DNA from: Candidatus Bathyarchaeota archaeon
Lineage (GTDB): Archaea; Thermoproteota; Bathyarchaeia; 40CM-2-53-6
NCBI GenBank assembly: GCA_963833125.1
Contig: CAWHWX010000030.1
Span: forward strand, 1-53,211
DNA: 53,211 nt
Direction: 5' to 3'
Shown here: piece by piece, positions 47,881-53,211 of the stretch
Numbering within the stretch: position 1 is the first letter of the stretch
Layout of the letters: each line of letters starts with the position of its first letter
Notes under the pieces: generated by a model
What the model was told of the DNA's origin: nothing
Database searches by the model: none
What the model saw: the letters and a program-made list of their open reading frames with translations, nothing else
Translations under genes and position numbers: made by a program

Positions 47881-48837
47881 TTGGTGAACCCAGTGAAGCT
47901 CGAGGACATCAGGACGGTTTCGGTGATTGGTGCGGGTCTGATGGGACATGGAATCGCCCAAGTGTTTGCTCTAGCCGGATACGAAGTCATGCTCAGAGAC
48001 ATTAGTCAGGGAATATTGGATAACGCTCTTGTGAGAGTCAAGGATAACCTTCAGAAGATGTCAACAGCGGGTCTCGTTCGCGAAGACCAGATTGTTGGGC
48101 TATTCTCCAGATTGAAGACAACGGTGGACATGAAGGACGCCGTAGGAAATTCTGATTTTGTAATAGAAGCAGCGACCGAGAACATTGAACTCAAGAAGCA
48201 GATTTTCAGAGAAGCTGACAAGCTCAGCCCTGAGCGAACTATCCTCGCCACGAATACCTCCGGGTTGCCAATAGCCGAGGTCGCCGCGGCGACCAGCCGC
48301 CCTGGGAAAGTCGTTGGGACACACTTCTGGAACCCCCCATACCTCCTGCGTGCGGTGGAAGTTGTCAAAGGAGCAGGAACGACTGATGAGACGGTCAACG
48401 TGACCCGTGCTCTGCTCTCAAAGGTGGGGAAGAAGCCGGTCGTTGTTAACAAGGATGTTCCGGGACAGATAGGGATTCGGATTCTCTACGCGATGCTGAG
48501 GGAAGCCATGTCGCTGGTAGAGAATGGGGTAGCGTCCCCTGAGGATATAGACACGGTTGTGAAAGAAGCGCTGGGAACGCGCCTCCCCGTCGTCGGAGTG
48601 TTGGAACTAGCAGACCTCTCAGGGGTTGACCTCGTTCTCATGGTATCAAAACGGTTGTTCAAGGATTTGGACAATGATCCTCAACCATCTACGTTTCTTG
48701 AAACCATGGTAGCCGAAGGTAGAACGGGAATCAAGAGCGGGAAAGGATTCTACAACTGGACCCCAGACAGCATCGCCTCCACAATCAAGAAACGGGACGA
48801 GCACCTTCTGAAGATTCTGAATGAAGAAAAAGTATAG
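47881..48837 (+). CDS. 3-hydroxyacyl-CoA dehydrogenase family NAD-dependent enzyme
   Basis: GAGLMG.GIA, EA..E...K, NTSGL, HFWNPP and G.KSGKGFY. Confidence 0.9.
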   Translation: MVNPVKLEDIRTVSVIGAGLMGHGIAQVFALAGYEVMLRDISQGILDNALVRVKDNLQKMSTAGLVREDQIVGLFSRLKTTVDMKDAVGNSDFVIEAATENIELKKQIFREADKLSPERTILATNTSGLPIAEVAAATSRPGKVVGTHFWNPPYLLRAVEVVKGAGTTDETVNVTRALLSKVGKKPVVVNKDVPGQIGIRILYAMLREAMSLVENGVASPEDIDTVVKEALGTRLPVVGVLELADLSGVDLVLMVSKRLFKDLDNDPQPSTFLETMVAEGRTGIKSGKGFYNWTPDSIASTIKKRDEHLLKILNEEKV

Positions 48838-48919
48838 CAAACAAACCTTTTTCCAGCGCTGAGAAACCCGGACTAACGCTTAATTACGGTCCGAACGTCT
48901 TGAACACTTCGAACGCCGA

Positions 48920-50353
48920 TTGTATAAGTTATTCATTAACGGAGAAAACGTGGACTCCGCCAACGGAGACTCCTACGAGATTCGCAACCCAGCGACTTCT
49001 GAGCTCGTCGATACGGTTGCAAAGGGCAATGTTGACGACGCTAGGAAAGCCATCGACGCTGCGCAAGATGCTTTCGAAAAATGGGCGGATGCAGCACCCA
49101 CACAAGCGCCGGGAGTCCTCAGTAAGGCGGCGCAATTAATCAGGGCGAAAGAACAAGAACTCGCAACCCTCCTGACGAAAGAACAAGGTAAGACGTTAGC
49201 GGAATCTCTTGGAGAGATTAGGTTCTTCGCGAAAACCCTAGAGTACTATTCCGGAGCAAAGATAACCGGCTCATATGTCGCATTAACCGACAAAGTATCG
49301 GCTGAAATTGTGAAAGAACCGGTAGGCGTTGTTGGCGGCATTGTCCCGTGGAATAACCCAGTTATGTTGATGGGTGCAAAGGTCGTATCGTCAATCAAAT
49401 CGGGCGATGCTATAGTAATTAAACCCGCCAGCACGACACCCCTCACCACGATCAGATGTGCCCAGATACTTCTAGAGGCCGGCGTTCCCAACGGAGTGTT
49501 CAACGTGGTTCCAGGACCTGGGGGCGTCGTTGGAGAGGAAATCCTCCGAAACCCAAAGGTAAGAAAGGTCTCCTTTACGGGTGAGAGCGAAACCGGGAAG
49601 CATGTCATGGAGGTTGCCGCAAGGGACCTGAAACGTGTCACGTTAGAACTGGGTGGAAGTAACCCAGTGATTGTAGCGGATGATGCAGACCTTGAAGCAG
49701 CAGTCGACAACACCCTGTTCGGCCGCTTCCGCAACTGCGGCCAAGGATGCATGTGCATCAAACGCGCCTACGTGTTCGAGAAAGTCGCGGACCAGTTCAT
49801 AAAACGCTTAGTCGAGAAGGTCAACGGGATCAGAGTGGGTAACGGGCTTGTTCAGGGAGTCAGCATGGGCCCAATACACTCCGCATCGCAACGGGAAGGA
49901 TTCGAAGCACAAGTCAATGACGGAATCAGCAAAGGGGCGAAGATTCTCACCGGAGGCAAACGACCAGATGGTCCAGAGTATGGCAAAGGTTTCTTCTACT
50001 TACCTACCCTACTTGAGAACGCCGATTCAGACTCGAAAGTTCTCACAGAAGAAGTGTTCGGGCCCGCTCTCCCAATTGCGCGGGTAAAGGACATGGATGA
50101 GGCGGTGAGGCTTGGAAACGATTCGATCTATGGCTTAGGCGCACACATTTGGACGAGAGACATTCAGAAAGCTCTCAAGGCGTCTAAGAAGCTAAAGGCG
50201 GGCACAATACTCGTAAACACGGCTTACGGTGCGGGTGGCTGGGAGATCGAGGTTCCAATGGGGGGCTACAAACAAAGCGGCGTCGGCCGCGAATACGGTA
50301 TCGAAGGCATGGGCCAATACCAAGAAACAAAAACCATCGTCTATGGAATCTAA
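48920..50353 (+). CDS. NAD(P)-dependent aldehyde dehydrogenase
   Basis: PWN, KP, FTGE, LELGG, GQGC, EEVFGP and GGYKQSG.GRE. Confidence 0.95.
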   Translation: MYKLFINGENVDSANGDSYEIRNPATSELVDTVAKGNVDDARKAIDAAQDAFEKWADAAPTQAPGVLSKAAQLIRAKEQELATLLTKEQGKTLAESLGEIRFFAKTLEYYSGAKITGSYVALTDKVSAEIVKEPVGVVGGIVPWNNPVMLMGAKVVSSIKSGDAIVIKPASTTPLTTIRCAQILLEAGVPNGVFNVVPGPGGVVGEEILRNPKVRKVSFTGESETGKHVMEVAARDLKRVTLELGGSNPVIVADDADLEAAVDNTLFGRFRNCGQGCMCIKRAYVFEKVADQFIKRLVEKVNGIRVGNGLVQGVSMGPIHSASQREGFEAQVNDGISKGAKILTGGKRPDGPEYGKGFFYLPTLLENADSDSKVLTEEVFGPALPIARVKDMDEAVRLGNDSIYGLGAHIWTRDIQKALKASKKLKAGTILVNTAYGAGGWEIEVPMGGYKQSGVGREYGIEGMGQYQETKTIVYGI

Positions 50354-50369
50354 GATAGTGGATTGAGAA

Positions 50370-51256
50370 ATGGTCTTCAAACCTACCGCCTTCTTAGAGC
50401 CAACAACTCTTGACGAAGCATGCGACCTTCTCTCAGAATACGGTAAGCATGCGAGGGTTCTTGCGGGAGGTACGGCGATCTATGAGTTAGCGAAAAGAGG
50501 CTTGGCCGACGAGGTCAAACAACTCATCAGTCTTAGAAATATTCCTCTGAAGTATGTGCGGCGAGATGAACTAGGCGTACATGTTGGTGCTACGACGACT
50601 TTAGCGGAGTTCATGACAGCTCCAGAAGTCGTTGCTGATGCTTCCTTGCGGGCGGTGTTCGAGGCGCTTCACGAAATTAGACCTATGCAGGTCCAAACGG
50701 TTGCAACTGTAGGAGGGGAAATCTGCACCTCCCTCCCACTATTGGATTTGCCACCGGCTTTGCTGGCCGTCGACACAGCCGTTGTTATTCAAGGGAAGAA
50801 GGGCCGAAGAACACTTCCCCTTGAGCGAATTCTTAGTGGATTTCTTCCTCAACTCGCTTGGCAGGGGGGAACTTATGGTTGAAGCGTTGATTCCAAAGCA
50901 GCCCGAACGTTCCAGCTCTAGCTTTTCTGAAGTTCGGACGGACAGCTTACGACTTCAACTTGGTCAATGTCGCTTGTCGCATTGCTTTCGCTTCGAACGG
51001 AACCTGTTCGGATGCAAGGATCTTCCTTGGGGGCGTGGGCAGAGTCCCCCTACGCGCGGTGGCCTCCGAAGAAAAGTTGAAGGGTGAACGAGTTGACGAG
51101 AAGGCCATTTCCAGCGCTGTTGATTCGTTGGAAAGGTTCAGGGCGATTCCGCAAATTCATGGGGATTCAGAGTACAAACGAGACGTAGCTCTCGTTCTCG
51201 TCCGAGAATGCCTCAAACGGGTTGTAGAACGCGCGACGGTGGTAGCCAATCCATGA
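50370..51256 (+). CDS. Mo-hydroxylase FAD-binding subunit (CoxM/XdhB-like; two frameshifts)
   Basis: PTTLDEA, LAGGT and ATVGG; C-terminal RIFLGGV..VPLRA and EYKR. Confidence 0.88.
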
Positions 51257-51720
51257 AGGATATTGTTTCGTTACGAGTGAACGGTAGAATACATGAGTTG
51301 AAACTGGCGCCCTACGCCTTGTTATCTGACGTGATCCGCGAAGACCTTGGGATGAAAGGAACGAAACGAGGATGCGATTTCGGCGGTTGCGGAGCATGTA
51401 CTGTTCTAATGGATGGTCAGCCGATTTATTCGTGCATGATGCCCGCTCGTAACACCGAAGGCCATGAGATTACGACAGTTGAGGGACTTGCTGATGGTGG
51501 AAAACTCTCTGCGGTCCAAAAGTCGTTTGTCAAGAACATGGGATTTCAGTGTGGATACTGCACCCCAGGCATAATCATGTCCGCTACAGCCCTACTGAAA
51601 CGGAATCCGCACCCATCGGAGGATGATATCCGTGAGGCTTTGGCCGGAAACCTCTGCAGGTGCACTGGCTACACAAGTATTTTCAAATCCATACTGGAAG
51701 CAGCTGAAGCGCATAGCTAG
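51253..51720 (+). CDS. Mo-hydroxylase 2x[2Fe-2S] subunit (CoxS/XdhC-like)
   Basis: GTKRGCDFGGCGACTV, QCGYCTPG and GNLCRCTGY. Confidence 0.95.
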   Translation: MKDIVSLRVNGRIHELKLAPYALLSDVIREDLGMKGTKRGCDFGGCGACTVLMDGQPIYSCMMPARNTEGHEITTVEGLADGGKLSAVQKSFVKNMGFQCGYCTPGIIMSATALLKRNPHPSEDDIREALAGNLCRCTGYTSIFKSILEAAEAHS

Positions 51721-51729
51721 AGCAACCGC

Positions 51730-53211
51730 TTAGTCTACTAGAATCTCTTTCTCAGCACTTTTCTTCTTGAGCGCCTTTAGAATCCGTTCACCAGTAACGG
51801 GAAGCGATCGGAATCTGATACCTGTCGCGTTGTAGATAGCGTTGGTTACTGCGGGTGCAGTCGGTGTGATTGATGCTTCTCCACATCCTTTCGCACCAAA
51901 TGGCCCCTCGTCGAAGTGGTTCTCAAGAATTTTCGATTGGATTGGTACGTAGTCCATAGATGTCAAGATCTTGTAGTCTTTGAGGTCGCCGTTGATCACA
52001 AGCCCATCCTGAATGACCAGTTCCTCCGGAATGGTTGTACTAACTCCCATGATGATTCCGCCCTCGTTCTGGCCTAGGACGTTCATTGGGTTGATGATTT
52101 GGCCCACATCCAAGACACCGATAATGTTGAGTAGTTTGATCTGCCCGGTTTCCTATGTTAACAGCTAGATCCACGACCTGTACGGCCGGGGTGTAGTAAG
52201 CCACGGCGCGGTCAGTGGCACACTGCCCTGTCTCGGGATCAATTTCGCCAGTTTCAGGGTACCAAACAGCCCTTGACGCGAACTCCCCAATTCCTTCAAC
52301 GAAGCCACCGCCCATGGGGCCCGGTCTGAATAAGTCCTGAACGCTAACCTCTTTGTCAGTAGACACTTTGCTGCGGACCTTACCGTCTGCTAGGTCCAGA
52401 TTGTCGGCGGGAGAGTTGAGTTTGCGAGACGCGACATTGAGAATCTGCGCCTTGACCTCCGGCACGCCAGACTAACCGCCTTTCCGAGTTGTGATGTTTG
52501 CCTGCTGCCGCTGGCACCTGGACCGACGGGGGAGGATGAGGAATCTGATTCCCGGATGACAATGTTCTCCACGGGAAGCTTGAATTCTTCGGCGGCGATC
52601 TGTGCCAACCCCATTCTGATTCCCTCTCCGGGGTCGGCTACAACGGTCGATATCTCTACCGTGTTGTCTTCCTGGTATTTTGCGTAGGCCATGCTTGGAA
52701 AGCTTACGTCACACATTTCCTGAGCTACGGCGATGCCACGTCCGAACGCCCAGTTGTTTTCGAGTTTTGGAATTGGAACCTTTTTCGCTTCTTGTTGTGC
52801 GGTCTCTATGCATTCTTGTAACGTGAATTTTCGCATTCTTTCTCCCATGGCGTTCTTGGCGTCGGTTTTCAACATGTTCTTGAGTCGAAGCTCGATTGGG
52901 TCAATGTTGAGTTTGGAGGCGATCACATCCATTTGAGATTCGATTGCGAAATGTGTTTGCGGTGTGCCGAAACCTCTGAACGCTCCTCCCTGAACCTGGT
53001 TCGTATAGACTCGGAAAACGTCTAGTTTGAAGTTCGGGATATCATAGACGCAGACAGCTGCGTAGACGCAGTCTCGGACTGCGACATTGCCTGCGAGTGA
53101 GTATGCTCCGCCATTGTAAATGGCTTCTATCTCCCTCGCAACAATACGTCCGTCTGACTTCACCCCGTCTTTGATTCTGATGATTGACGGATGCCTAATT
53201 GAGGTGGCCTC
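51730..53211 (-). CDS. Xanthine dehydrogenase family molybdopterin-binding subunit (5' part outside the window; two frameshifts)
   Basis: GGAY, AFRGFG, SGSR, GQNEGG and GPFGAKGCGE. Confidence 0.92.

Noticed and set aside
1-53211. CRISPR array, tRNA or rRNA genes
   Set aside because: No regularly spaced repeats or recognisable RNA gene sequences seen by eye.
50370-53211. Aerobic CO dehydrogenase (coxMSL form I)
   Set aside because: The active-site loop is AFRGFG, not AYxCSFR.

Overview
Archaeal genomic window, probably Thermoproteota (Bathyarchaeia- or Nitrososphaeria-like). Evidence is TATA boxes about 30 bp before start codons, CFI-box-CTERM and PEF-CTERM-like surface proteins, WtpABC and a tungsten AOR. 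About 20 genes carry 1-2 bp frameshifts, most likely long-read consensus errors, so genes are reported reassembled. Contents in order: (1) an extended DedA gene and two convergent DoxX/TQO-DoxD + Tat-Rieske modules, with a repeated palindromic operator and a wHTH regulator; (2) surface proteins and GcvT-like, GSAM-like, PfkB and MFS genes; (3) a Mo/W block (moeA pair, wtpABC, ModE-like regulator with a ModE-type box); (4) an Opp/Dpp ABC system and a large catabolic region with two APC permeases, two pyridoxamine:pyruvate-aminotransferase-like enzymes, a phosphoesterase, an amidohydrolase, FAD- and F420-type oxidoreductases, AOR, ALDH and a Mo-hydroxylase; (5) a small mobile island at 41.5-43.9 kb. 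In that island a transposase-less two-gene cassette with 51-bp inverted ends and a 7-bp flanking duplication sits back-to-back with a related end of a decayed DDE element. The best candidates for new biology are the stacked cargo-cassette system, the twin DoxX-Rieske regulon, and a possible archaeal vitamin B6/pyridine catabolic pathway.
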